Shown here piece after piece: positions 50,682 to 59,764 of a DNA stretch of 62,931 nt. The position numbers and the translations under genes were made by a program. This DNA comes from Synechococcus sp. GTDB taxonomy: Bacteria > Cyanobacteriota > Cyanobacteriia > Thermostichales > PCC-7336. The stretch covers positions 1 through 62,931 of the forward strand of contig JBFRWD010000064.1 in NCBI GenBank assembly GCA_051439425.1, read 5' to 3'. Below the pieces are notes generated by a model. The model was given only the letters and a program-made list of their open reading frames with translations. It had not been told where the DNA came from and ran no database searches. The stretch's first letter is position 1, and the number at the start of each line of letters is the position of its first letter.

Positions 50682-50783
50682 AACAGAAATCTGCTGTAAG
50701 GTCTGGAGGTTTAGACCGCAGCAACTTGGCTTTCGAGAAAAAATAGTTAAGTAATTCTCCATCGCGAATCGCCGATCTCTATA
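50682..50783 (+). repeat. ~105-bp dispersed hairpin repeat, copy 5 (degenerate)
   Basis: AAATCTGCTGTAAGGTCTGGAG...ATTCTCCATCGCGAATCGCCGATCTCTATA. Confidence 0.75.
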
Positions 50784-50836
50784 ACTATCTGAGTCAGAAA
50801 TTTTCAAACTAGCTGAGCATATTTTGGAGCAAGTGG

Positions 50837-51538
50837 ATGTCATCTAGTTTCGCAAGACACGTTCTGATTACTGGAGGAAACCGAGGTATCGGGTTCGCGA
50901 TTGCCAAAGGTCTACTAGACCAGGGGCACGAAGTTATTGTGACATCGAGATCGCTTGAAACTGCGACCCAAGCAGCCGAAAAACTGGGTGAACGGGCAAC
51001 GGCACTTGAGTTGGATGTCAGCAACGAGGAGTCGATTCGCCAGGCGATGTCTACGCTTCAGCAAATAACAGAGCGGCTGGATGGATTGATCAACAATGCA
51101 GGTATCTATCCGGATGACGGAATCGACATTCTGACGGTGTCTCGTGAGTTGCTCGATCGCACGATGCAGGCAAATACATTTGGTGCTGTTCGTATGGTGC
51201 AGGAGTGCTTGCCCCTTCTGGAACGGTCTACTGACGCTCGTGTTGTGAATGTCTCAAGTGGCTACGGGTCGCTAAATGGGCTGTCTGCCGGAGTACCTAG
51301 CTACTGCCTCTCGAAGCTCGCGCTCAATGGCGCAACTATCATGCTGGCCCAGTCTTTGGAGTCAAAAGGCATTGCCGTTAATGCGATCGACCCGGGATGG
51401 GTAAGAACTGACATGGGGGGAACCTCGGCTCCGAGATCGCCCGAACAAGGGGCCGATACCGCTATCTGGCTGGCAACAGAGGCATCCAATCGGCAAACCG
51501 GAAAGGTGTGGCGAGATCGCCAAGTTGTTGATTTCTGA
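50837..51538 (+). CDS. SDR oxidoreductase (carbonyl reductase-like)
   Basis: TGGNRGIG, NNAG, YCLSK, PGWVRTDMGG. Confidence 0.92.
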   Translation: MSSSFARHVLITGGNRGIGFAIAKGLLDQGHEVIVTSRSLETATQAAEKLGERATALELDVSNEESIRQAMSTLQQITERLDGLINNAGIYPDDGIDILTVSRELLDRTMQANTFGAVRMVQECLPLLERSTDARVVNVSSGYGSLNGLSAGVPSYCLSKLALNGATIMLAQSLESKGIAVNAIDPGWVRTDMGGTSAPRSPEQGADTAIWLATEASNRQTGKVWRDRQVVDF

Positions 51539-51694
51539 TCGGGCAGCGTGGGTATTGTTGATCTCAATGTCAGGAGATTGCTGTTCGGGGCAAAACCTGC
51601 CACTAGTCATTACTAGCCAAATCAAGGAAGATCTGGCGTCACTCCCCACTCCGTCAGTGCGGTAAAATTTTGGGGCTTTTGACGAGTCCTGACT

Positions 51695-52522
51695 ATGAGT
51701 TCGCTGTCTTCCGTGGCCACCACCCCAATTGCGAAACGGTTCCAAGAGTTAAAAGCTCGCGGAGAAAAAGCACTCATCCCCTACGTCACCGCCGGTGACC
51801 CAAATTTGGAAACGACGTTCGAGGCCCTAAAACTACTCGACCAGAACGGGGCCGACATTATCGAACTCGGCGTGCCCTATTCCGATCCACTGGCTGATGG
51901 GCCGGTAATTCAAGCGGCGGCAACACGATCGCTCGCCCAAGGCACTCGCCTAGAGCATATTCTGGATGGCTTGCCCGCCCTCAACCTGAGTGCTCCCGTG
52001 GTCCTGTTCACCTATTTCAACCCCATCCTCAGAGTCGGCATTCCCAAATTCATGCAGCGCATTAAATCCAGTGGTTGCAGTGGCTTGGTGGTTCCCGACC
52101 TGCCGTTAGAAGAATCTCAACCATTGTTGGATGCGGCCTCTGCTGCAGGTATTGACGTCATTATGTTGGTTGCACCCACTAGCCCCTTAGACCGAATGCA
52201 AGAGATTGCCGAAAAGTCCTCCGGCTTCATCTATCTAGTTAGCACTACTGGAGTGACCGGAATGCGCTCCCAGATGGCCACTCGCGTCAAAGATTTGATT
52301 GCAGACCTGAGGGCTCGTACAGACCTGCCAATCGCCGTCGGCTTCGGGATCTCAGGTCCCGAGCAAGCCAAACAGGTAGTGGATTGGGGAGCGGATGCTG
52401 CCGTTGTTGGTAGTGCCTTTGTAAAGAAGCTGGGGGATGCGACTACCCCCGCAGCAGGTCTGGAGGCTTTAGGGCAGTTTTGCAAAGAGTTGAAGGGCGC
52501 AATAGACAAGACGGCTGACTGA
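51695..52522 (+). CDS. trpA: Tryptophan synthase alpha chain
   Basis: PYVTAGDP, ELGVPYSDPLADGPVIQ, GVTG, VGFGIS, VGSA. Confidence 0.97.
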   Translation: MSSLSSVATTPIAKRFQELKARGEKALIPYVTAGDPNLETTFEALKLLDQNGADIIELGVPYSDPLADGPVIQAAATRSLAQGTRLEHILDGLPALNLSAPVVLFTYFNPILRVGIPKFMQRIKSSGCSGLVVPDLPLEESQPLLDAASAAGIDVIMLVAPTSPLDRMQEIAEKSSGFIYLVSTTGVTGMRSQMATRVKDLIADLRARTDLPIAVGFGISGPEQAKQVVDWGADAAVVGSAFVKKLGDATTPAAGLEALGQFCKELKGAIDKTAD

Positions 52523-52560
52523 CTGCGTTGCCAGCAGAGTTAGAGGCGTTTTTGGGTAAG

Positions 52561-52717
52561 GACCCTCACAAGGGCTTGACTCAGTCCGCTATGGCCAAAA
52601 CGGGACCCTGTCAAAAAGGCTGTCAGTGATCTGCTTCACACTTTTATCTGTTTCCAGTGGGTACTGTTTGGGTACGGAAACTTGTGGTTCGGTCGTCTTT
52701 CGGGGCGGCCCTTTTTT
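52561..52717 (+). ncRNA. Candidate structured ncRNA, 6S RNA-like rod plus terminator
   Basis: Nested pairings CACAAG/CTTGTG, ACTCAG/TTGGGT, CCGCT-GG/CCAGTGG, AAACGGG/TCTGTTT, GTGA/TCAC. Confidence 0.45.
52691..52717 (+). terminator. Plus-strand intrinsic terminator with a UUCG loop
   Basis: GGTCGTCT-TTCG-GGGCGGCC-CTTTTTT; G-U pairs make it strand-specific. Confidence 0.85.
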
Positions 52718-52759
52718 GTTGAGATTGCCGCCGATATTTACGACCTTAAATGTGTACGA

Positions 52760-53665
52760 TCAGTCCAGCACTGCGTCACTACTCAGCCCATTTCGACGGC
52801 AGTAGCTCAACACGGTATTAACCAGTAGCATCGTGACTGTCATGGGGCCAACCCCACCCGGAACGGGTGTAATGGCTCCAGCAACCGTCTTAGCCGATTC
52901 AAAATCGATATCGCCCACCAGATGCCCTTTGCCCTCAGCAGTGGGTACTCGATTAATTCCTACGTCGATCGCCACAGCACCGGGCTTAAGCATTGTTTCA
53001 TTGACCAGTCCCGGTCGGCCAACAGCCACCACCAAAATATCGGCAGTGCGACAGACTGGGGCCAAATCAGGAGTGCGGGAATGAGCCATCGTCACGGTGG
53101 CATTCTTCTCAAGCAACATCAAGCTAACCGGCTTGCCAACCAATAAGCTGCGACCCACTACCACAGCATGCTTGCCCGCAACATCAATCTGGCCATCTTT
53201 CAGGATTTGCATCACCCCTGCTGGAGTACAGCTTCGCAGCCCGGGCTCCCCCCGCATCAAATGACCCATGTTAGCCGGGTGCAAACCATCCGCATCTTTG
53301 TCGGGGTCGATTGCCAGCAATAAATCGCGATCGTTCAATCCGTCAGGTAGAGGAAGCTGAACCAAAATGCCATCAACGCGATCGTCTTGATTCAGCGCCT
53401 CGATGGTGGATTGCAGCTCTTCCTGAGATACAGAGGCAGGAAAATGCTGGCCGAACGAAGCAATCCCCACCCGTTCGCAGGATCGCTCTTTGTTGCGGAC
53501 GTAAGCCGCACTGGCCGGGTTGTCTCCAGCCATTAGCACTGCCAAGCCTGGCGGGCGACCCACCTGTTGCCGAAATTCATCCACCTTGAGCTTCAAGCTG
53601 GCCTGCATCCGCTGTGCCAGCCCCTTGCCATCCAAAATTATTGCGGAATGCTCGCGGGTTGCCAT
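52760..53665 (-). CDS. folD: Methylenetetrahydrofolate dehydrogenase/cyclohydrolase
   Basis: [37 protein letters not shown]. Confidence 0.97.
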   Translation of the reverse strand: MATREHSAIILDGKGLAQRMQASLKLKVDEFRQQVGRPPGLAVLMAGDNPASAAYVRNKERSCERVGIASFGQHFPASVSQEELQSTIEALNQDDRVDGILVQLPLPDGLNDRDLLLAIDPDKDADGLHPANMGHLMRGEPGLRSCTPAGVMQILKDGQIDVAGKHAVVVGRSLLVGKPVSLMLLEKNATVTMAHSRTPDLAPVCRTADILVVAVGRPGLVNETMLKPGAVAIDVGINRVPTAEGKGHLVGDIDFESAKTVAGAITPVPGGVGPMTVTMLLVNTVLSYCRRNGLSSDAVLD

Positions 53666-53675
53666 GTCGATCTCG

Positions 53676-54263
53676 TCACGTGCCTAACTGCAGTAATTGC
53701 GACTGTAGCCGCTCCAACGCTCGCCCGCGATGCCCAATAGCCCGCTTGCGATCGATCGACATTTCTGCAAAGGTCATGCCCTCATCGGGAACATAGAACA
53801 CCGGATCGTAGCCAAAGCCCCCATCTCCTTGTCTTTGCGCGAGAATTTCCCCCCGGCAGCGACCGCTAGCCCGAGCTGCAATCTTCCCATCGGGCTGACA
53901 CAAAACAATTTCGCAGACAAACTCTGCCCCTCGATCGGCCTTCCCCTCAAGCTCTAGCAGCAGGCGATCGATGCATTCGCTGGGGGTAGGGGCATATCGG
54001 GCGGAATAAACCCCGGGGGCTCCGTTTAAGGCATCGACGGCCAATCCCGAATCATCAGCTAATGCCCATTGATTGAGTGCAGTAGCTACAGTACGGGCTT
54101 TGAGGAGGGCATTGTCGGCAAATGTCGTTCCCGTTTCCTCGACATCCAACTCGGGTGGTTTTATCCGAACATCCCAAGCATGGGAGCCGAGGCGATCGAA
54201 AAATTGCTGAAACTCTTTAACCTTGCCAGGGTTTCCAGTTGCGACGACGAGGGGGGTGCTCAA
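53676..54263 (-). CDS. rdgB: Non-canonical purine NTP pyrophosphatase (RdgB/HAM1)
   Basis: [33 protein letters not shown]. Confidence 0.96.
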   Translation of the reverse strand: MSTPLVVATGNPGKVKEFQQFFDRLGSHAWDVRIKPPELDVEETGTTFADNALLKARTVATALNQWALADDSGLAVDALNGAPGVYSARYAPTPSECIDRLLLELEGKADRGAEFVCEIVLCQPDGKIAARASGRCRGEILAQRQGDGGFGYDPVFYVPDEGMTFAEMSIDRKRAIGHRGRALERLQSQLLQLGT

Positions 54264-54458
54264 GAGGACTCCTCAATACAAACACTTTGAAGCAGACAAA
54301 CGACGCAGGCTCGGTTTGATTCGGCGCTGCTTTAGTCGATGCTGCCTCCGGGCTTTCTAGTCTACTGGCCGCGAGGTCCGTCAAACCTTATCGTTTGGGC
54401 AAATTGCTGAGCTGGTTTTCCGGCAAATTCTTTGCTTCCAAAAGACTAGTTTTATCTG

Positions 54459-54944
54459 CTATTGGTCTAAGACATGCTCCAATAGCAGATCGCCTTCAAA
54501 CAAAAATCGCCCCGAGAAGGGCTGTTTCTCAATCAACAATGGCAACCAAATGCGATCGTCATCCCACATATCGTCGTACGGAATGGCATTTAGCGCCGTC
54601 CACAGCGGAATTGCCTCGTCTGTCTTCTGTGGCTCTCCAATAATGTCAGCTGCACGATAGCAATGCACGTGCAATGAGTAGCCATCTACAAACTGGAATC
54701 TAATTTCGCCACCATATTCCAAGCCAGTTGGGGTGACCTTTAATTCCTCCTGAACCTCTCTGATCGCACAATCTAGAAGAGATTCGTCGGGTTCAAGGCG
54801 TCCGCCGGGCCCGTTAATCTTGCCAGCCCCCAATCCCCGTAGTTTGCGAATTAGCAGGATTTCTTCTTGCCGAATCGCGAATACTAGCGTGGCTACTTCC
54901 TTGGGCACCCACCTTGCCCAATCAATATCATTCAGTCTTCGCAT
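54459..54944 (-). CDS. Nudix hydrolase, MTH1/8-oxo-dGTPase-like
   Basis: K.RGLGAGKINGPGGRLE...CAIREVQEEL, MWDDDRIWLP. Confidence 0.88.
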   Translation of the reverse strand: MRRLNDIDWARWVPKEVATLVFAIRQEEILLIRKLRGLGAGKINGPGGRLEPDESLLDCAIREVQEELKVTPTGLEYGGEIRFQFVDGYSLHVHCYRAADIIGEPQKTDEAIPLWTALNAIPYDDMWDDDRIWLPLLIEKQPFSGRFLFEGDLLLEHVLDQ

Positions 54945-55040
54945 ATGCAGTCAAACGTTGTATTCCCTGTTCAAATACCGGTCTCGAATACGCTTCACCA
55001 CTATGCGTATTTGAAGCAAAAACATCAGGTTCAAAAGTAT

Positions 55041-55715
55041 TTAGTTCATGTCCGAGTCTAAAGCGGCTGCTACTACCCGGAAGTGCTCGTCTTGCTTCAA
55101 CTTCGCTAACAGTTGCTTGGCTTCAGGAGTATCGAATAACTTTAGAGCGATCGCCGCTCGCCAGCGATTGCGCCAACGGTTGTCTTTTGCCATCAGCGCT
55201 AGAGTTTCGAATGCGGTCTGACTCACATCCGATTCGGCTAATTGGCCCAAAGCCAAGATACCGGTCTCTCTCAGCATGGGATTGTCGTTCCCAATCGCCT
55301 CGACTGCAGTGGACAGTAGGACGCCGGGTCGGTTTCCTTCCGTGAACAGAGCCAACACCGTCTGCCGCACTAACCAGTGTTCGTTCCGTCGATAAACATC
55401 CTGCAAAATCGATATCGCCGGATCGCCGAACTCAAAGATTGAATTCGCAGCCTCTGCCAACACATTCGCATCCTGCTCGTCTTCTAAGATGGCTTGCAAT
55501 GCTTCAAACGAGGTTTGTGTGGGATGGTTTCCAAATCCCATGACTGCTAAGCGACGCAGTGCAAAATCCGGCTCGGCAGCCAGCCGCTGCAAAATAGGGA
55601 TGGCGATTTCCGATGGCAACTCTGCCAGCTCATCAAGAGCATCTTTGCGAATGTTGAGTGCCGGTGAGCGAAGCTCTGCCTCTAAGTGAACAATACGATC
55701 GCTATCCAGAGTCAT
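55041..55715 (-). CDS. HEAT-repeat protein, NblB/phycobilin-lyase-like
   Basis: Repeated HEAT units, D.NV.AEAANS, WLVR, D....VVAAAL. Confidence 0.82.
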   Translation of the reverse strand: MTLDSDRIVHLEAELRSPALNIRKDALDELAELPSEIAIPILQRLAAEPDFALRRLAVMGFGNHPTQTSFEALQAILEDEQDANVLAEAANSIFEFGDPAISILQDVYRRNEHWLVRQTVLALFTEGNRPGVLLSTAVEAIGNDNPMLRETGILALGQLAESDVSQTAFETLALMAKDNRWRNRWRAAIALKLFDTPEAKQLLAKLKQDEHFRVVAAALDSDMN

Positions 55716-56227
55716 TAGATCAGCCCTCCATCACACTCTAGATACGTCCCATGCATATTGCCCGAACCACTGGAATCACGCTGCTGGAAATCAACCTGAC
55801 TGTAGTGGATCGTAAAGACGTATCGGGAGTCTTTACCCTATGAAATAGTAGACCATGTATTCGATACAGACTGAGATAAGCCACTTCCAGGCAAACGCTG
55901 TTTCATGTAGCTGGCTCGTTCACTCAAATTCACGATTCCTCCATGCTGACTGTCGCTCGCGTGTTCAGTTGTCCCCTTTGACAGGTGGCTGTCGGGCAGT
56001 TGCCCTCTAGCTGCTCGCAATGTGGGGACGGTACTCAAATGCTCTCGACCCATCCTGCTGGCCGGCTCAAATCGATCCCTTTCTCCCCCCAAAACAGGAT
56101 GTCCTCTCAGATCCTCCCACTCCTCAAGCTCTAGAATTTGTTCTTTCCTCTTGAGTGACTGTAACCCTGGGGAGAATTAGGATTGACCGGTAGAATCAGG
56201 GGGGAATTTACGGAACGTTACAACTCC

Positions 56228-56410
56228 ATGCATTGGTCGCCGCCGGCTCACCTGCAACAACTTCAACTCAAGTTGGAGGAAACAGCGTCTGAGGACGTTT
56301 GGAGCGATCGCGAGTTTGTCATGTTGGTGTGGTGGACAGCGTTCAATTTAACGATGCATTTCACCACCTGGAATCGAGTGGGAGACAAGCTGTTTGAATC
56401 GGATTTGTAG
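56228..56410 (+). CDS. Possible 60-aa hypothetical protein
   Basis: ATG 56228 ORF 60 bp upstream of the DUF3598 gene; TAGAAT at 56190; no recognisable family. Confidence 0.3.
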   Translation: MHWSPPAHLQQLQLKLEETASEDVWSDREFVMLVWWTAFNLTMHFTTWNRVGDKLFESDL

Positions 56411-56469
56411 AACTGTACAGTGCTCCGAACAAGAGTATTGGGAATCTAGAACCAAGCGCAGGCTGCACC

Positions 56470-57300
56470 ATGACCCTCACTCCAACTGCTAACTATTGCG
56501 ATCGCCAGTGGGACTTTTTCCGCAAGAATATAGGAGAGTGGCACGGTTCGTTCGTAAAATACGCCCCGGATGGCAGCATTATCGATGAGTTACCGACAGT
56601 GGTAGCAGTTACACCAGCAGATGGCCAGACGGTACAAGTGGCAGTTGATTATCTGACCGATCGCGATCGCAACGTTACGTGGACATTCGGTTCGGTACCT
56701 AGAGACACGGTCTGTTTTGAGAACGGCGAGTTCTCGCGCGGCGATAAGTGGGTGCATGGGCTGTCAAATGTAGGATTCGAGCAGGGGCTGATTCAGCCTC
56801 CTAGTCGAGTTCGCATCGTTCAAGTTTATAAAGCAGGAGACTTAGAAAAGGTCGTCCTCATCCACGAATCGCTCCCAAATTCCTCTCCGTGCGACCGACC
56901 GCATCTAACTCCCCAAGACCTGATCGGAGAATGGACGGGCCATGCCATATCTTGGCCAACTCGCTGCCCAGAGCCATCGCAGTACGCCACCCGATTGCAG
57001 GTCGCGGTCGCAGGCGATCGCTTAACCCAACAGTTGTCGTTTGGCGATCGAACTCTATCCTCCAGCGCCACCATCAGCAGCTCTAACTTGCAATTCAGCG
57101 ATGGCCCCGTCCCCATGCAAATGCTGCTACTGCCAGGTGGAGCATCCTCCAACAGCCCCCTGAAAATCCCCACCGGGCATCCATTTGTAGCGGAACTGGG
57201 ATGGCTGATATCCCCGAATCTGAGACAGCGGATGATTCGCAGCTACGACAAGTCGGGGAATTGGGAGAGTACGACGTTGGTGACTGAACGACGGGGATAA
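56470..57300 (+). CDS. DUF3598 family (calycin-like beta-barrel) protein
   Basis: QW..F.KN.GEW.GSF, LLLPGGASS, ELGWL, R.IRSYD..G.W...TLVTE. Confidence 0.88.
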   Translation: MTLTPTANYCDRQWDFFRKNIGEWHGSFVKYAPDGSIIDELPTVVAVTPADGQTVQVAVDYLTDRDRNVTWTFGSVPRDTVCFENGEFSRGDKWVHGLSNVGFEQGLIQPPSRVRIVQVYKAGDLEKVVLIHESLPNSSPCDRPHLTPQDLIGEWTGHAISWPTRCPEPSQYATRLQVAVAGDRLTQQLSFGDRTLSSSATISSSNLQFSDGPVPMQMLLLPGGASSNSPLKIPTGHPFVAELGWLISPNLRQRMIRSYDKSGNWESTTLVTERRG

Positions 57301-57315
57301 GAAGGTGCTTGTGGG

Positions 57316-57350
57316 GTCATTCGTCCATCGTCCTTCGTCCTTTGTCCTTC
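57316..57350. repeat. Heptamer tandem repeat (STRR-like), 5 units of GTCCTTC
   Basis: GTCATTC GTCCATC GTCCTTC GTCCTTT GTCCTTC between convergent genes. Confidence 0.7.
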
Positions 57351-57408
57351 AAGCTTGGCTAGGCGAAAACTGATAACCACTGACTAATGACCAGCTATTC
57401 CCTATCCC

Positions 57409-58491
57409 TTACTCATCTAACTGCCACGGGTCCTTACTCAAATCTTCATCCAGCACAACCTTCGGTCTCAACACCACCAAGACCCTGCCCAAAATCTGCT
57501 CCTCCGGCTGCGTATCCCACCACATCACCTTCAGCGACCCATCGATCTCTGCCAAGAAATAGCCGTCATCTCGCCATTCTCGATTGTCGCGATCGCATAC
57601 GACTAACAACTCACCCGTCAGCGATGCACCACTGCTATCGGCATACTCAGCTAAGTCCTGACCGTTGGACAGCAAAGCTACAGCATCTTCAGCATTCCTC
57701 AGCACCTGCCAACCGGGCAACGTCACCCACGCTCCAGCTCCGGCAAACTTCACAACGCCGAATACCCCCTCCGATTCGCTCACGGGTACCGCTTGCAAGT
57801 CTGCTTTCGTCAAAGGCATCTGCCCCACCACCGGCATAATCACCGGCATTTCCTCCTCAGAATCCAACCGGAAGATCGGGAGTCGAGGGGCCGGACGAGA
57901 TTTAACAACGGTGAAGTCAGTTAACAACTTTTCTAATGCCTGACGGGCGGCGTCGCTGGAGGCATATTTGAGACCGCGAGCAATCAAACGCGATCGCGCC
58001 TGCAAGTCCTCCTTCTGACGGGCCAGTCGCCAACTTTGATGGGCCACCGCATCGCCTGGGGAGCGCTCGTAACCATCCGGTAATGCTTTCAGACGGCCGT
58101 AATCCTTCATGGCCTTCGCCACTTCCCGCGCTTCTTCCAGGTCGATGCCGTGAGTGAATGCCAGTTCGGCAGCACTAGCCCGCTCCTGCTGCGACAAGAT
58201 CCTCAATTCGTAAAGAACGTCGCTACCTCGGGTGGTGAAATGCTCGATAACCGGGGCGGAGGCATCTCCCGCTTCGACAGAGCGAAACACCTGAGCGGCA
58301 ACAATGATTTGATTTTGCTGAATCGGTTCAAATCCAGTTTGTTCGAAAATGTCCTGCGGGGAGATTCTTGCTTTCTGCAACTGCTGGCAGGCTTCCCCCC
58401 ATTCCAACCAAGTCCCCATTTTTCGCCGCAGTTTGAAGATCAACTCTTCGGTATTGATATCGGGAGTTTCGGGGACGCTGAAGTTCGACAT
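57409..58491 (-). CDS. raf1: Rubisco accumulation factor 1
   Basis: LRRKMGTWLEWG, IFEQTGFEPIQQNQ, GSDVLYELRIL, PGDAVA, LPGWQ, C-terminal WQLDE. Confidence 0.95.
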   Translation of the reverse strand: MSNFSVPETPDINTEELIFKLRRKMGTWLEWGEACQQLQKARISPQDIFEQTGFEPIQQNQIIVAAQVFRSVEAGDASAPVIEHFTTRGSDVLYELRILSQQERASAAELAFTHGIDLEEAREVAKAMKDYGRLKALPDGYERSPGDAVAHQSWRLARQKEDLQARSRLIARGLKYASSDAARQALEKLLTDFTVVKSRPAPRLPIFRLDSEEEMPVIMPVVGQMPLTKADLQAVPVSESEGVFGVVKFAGAGAWVTLPGWQVLRNAEDAVALLSNGQDLAEYADSSGASLTGELLVVCDRDNREWRDDGYFLAEIDGSLKVMWWDTQPEEQILGRVLVVLRPKVVLDEDLSKDPWQLDE

Positions 58492-58598
58492 TGTTGGGTG
58501 CAGACGCAAGATGCAGGAATTGGTAGTGCAATAGCCACACCGATGGTCGCAACTTCGACAGATGCAACAAGTGAGGCATCTCCAAGTGTACCGGGGGA

Positions 58599-59000
58599 TT
58601 ACTCCAGAACCTCTACCCGCACCGAAGCGACCCCAGAATGAACAATTCCCAATTGGCCGGCGGCAGCCTGCGATAGATCGATCGCCCTTGAATTATGGCT
58701 GGGCATGCGATCGTTAATCACAACCTCAACCATTGCTCCACTATGCTGGTGGGTCACTCGTACGCGAGTTCCAAATGGCAGGTAGGGATGGGCTGCTGTC
58801 ATCAGGTCGGGATTGAAGCGCTCACCGCTGGCGGTAGAGCGTCCGCGAAATTGCTCTCCATACCACGATGCTGTCCCTAACTGAACGGGAGAGGCCTCGG
58901 TTGGGATGGCCAGCACCATTGAAGCGGCGACTGTTATGGCGAACACAAAAGAACGGGCGGTCGCCACCCGATAACAGAATCTTGCGAAACGTTCTGACAC
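58599..59000 (-). CDS. rlpA: RlpA-like DPBB lytic transglycosylase
   Basis: GTASWYG, TASGERF, TAAHPYLPFGT, INDR, IDLS. Confidence 0.9.
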   Translation of the reverse strand: MSERFARFCYRVATARSFVFAITVAASMVLAIPTEASPVQLGTASWYGEQFRGRSTASGERFNPDLMTAAHPYLPFGTRVRVTHQHSGAMVEVVINDRMPSHNSRAIDLSQAAAGQLGIVHSGVASVRVEVLE

Positions 59001-59099
59001 TATAGCTTCCCAGTAACCTGGAGTTAGCTTACTGGAAAATAATGGGCGTCTCGGAGGACGCTAGTTCCTCATTACCGAAACACGGTTGGCTTGCCTCCT

Positions 59100-59750
59100 A
59101 TGAAAAACTCAGTCATGGGTTCTGCGTCAAAATGCTTGGGTATCGGTTGCGGCTCAGTGCTGCTACTAATGATTTTGGCATCAAATGTAGGTGCCCAAAC
59201 TGTAGACGAACTGTTGACCGGCGAGGCCCAAACGATTGAAGACCTCCGATTTGCCATTGAGGAATCGGTAGATGGTGGAGACTACGAGCTGGCGATCGAT
59301 CGGTTAACACGGTTAATTGCTCGGCTCGAAGACGCGGTCGAACGAGCGAAATACGAGCAGTATCGGGAGAACCTGATTGCAACTTATTCCGCACTGTCGG
59401 AATTCGAGCGCTGGCACGTCAGGATGTCAGGAGCCGGGCGCCAATTAGCCATCATCCAATTGGGAGGCGAGGTCGCATACGAGGCCGCGATTTCTGGTGG
59501 AATTTCCACCGACAACACAGATCACCTGGTGGATGCCTGCGAGAACGAGCTGGAGCGTCGCATGGGATTCCGTCATCCCCTCCGACTCACCAGCCAACCG
59601 TGGGTGATTGCCATTGATGAAGGGTTGTACAACATCTCCGGAGTGATCTCAGGACCTGAATGGGGGCGATTGACTGGACGCTGGCGCTATCACTGTCTCG
59701 TTCACCACAGCGATCTCGGCGCTCGCGTGTTGCGAGCGGAGTCGCGGTAG
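59100..59750 (+). CDS. Hypothetical exported protein
   Basis: Signal-like N-terminus, helical middle, Cys pair near the C-terminus; fills the gap between rlpA and uvrA. Confidence 0.55.
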   Translation: MKNSVMGSASKCLGIGCGSVLLLMILASNVGAQTVDELLTGEAQTIEDLRFAIEESVDGGDYELAIDRLTRLIARLEDAVERAKYEQYRENLIATYSALSEFERWHVRMSGAGRQLAIIQLGGEVAYEAAISGGISTDNTDHLVDACENELERRMGFRHPLRLTSQPWVIAIDEGLYNISGVISGPEWGRLTGRWRYHCLVHHSDLGARVLRAESR

Positions 59751-59764
59751 GAGAGTTCCCAATC

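Noticed and set aside
44897..50783. Integron (recombinase plus attC-like repeats)
   Set aside because: The repeats lack RYYYAAC/GTTRRRY ends, do not flank single cassettes consistently, and the recombinase lacks the IntI-specific insertion
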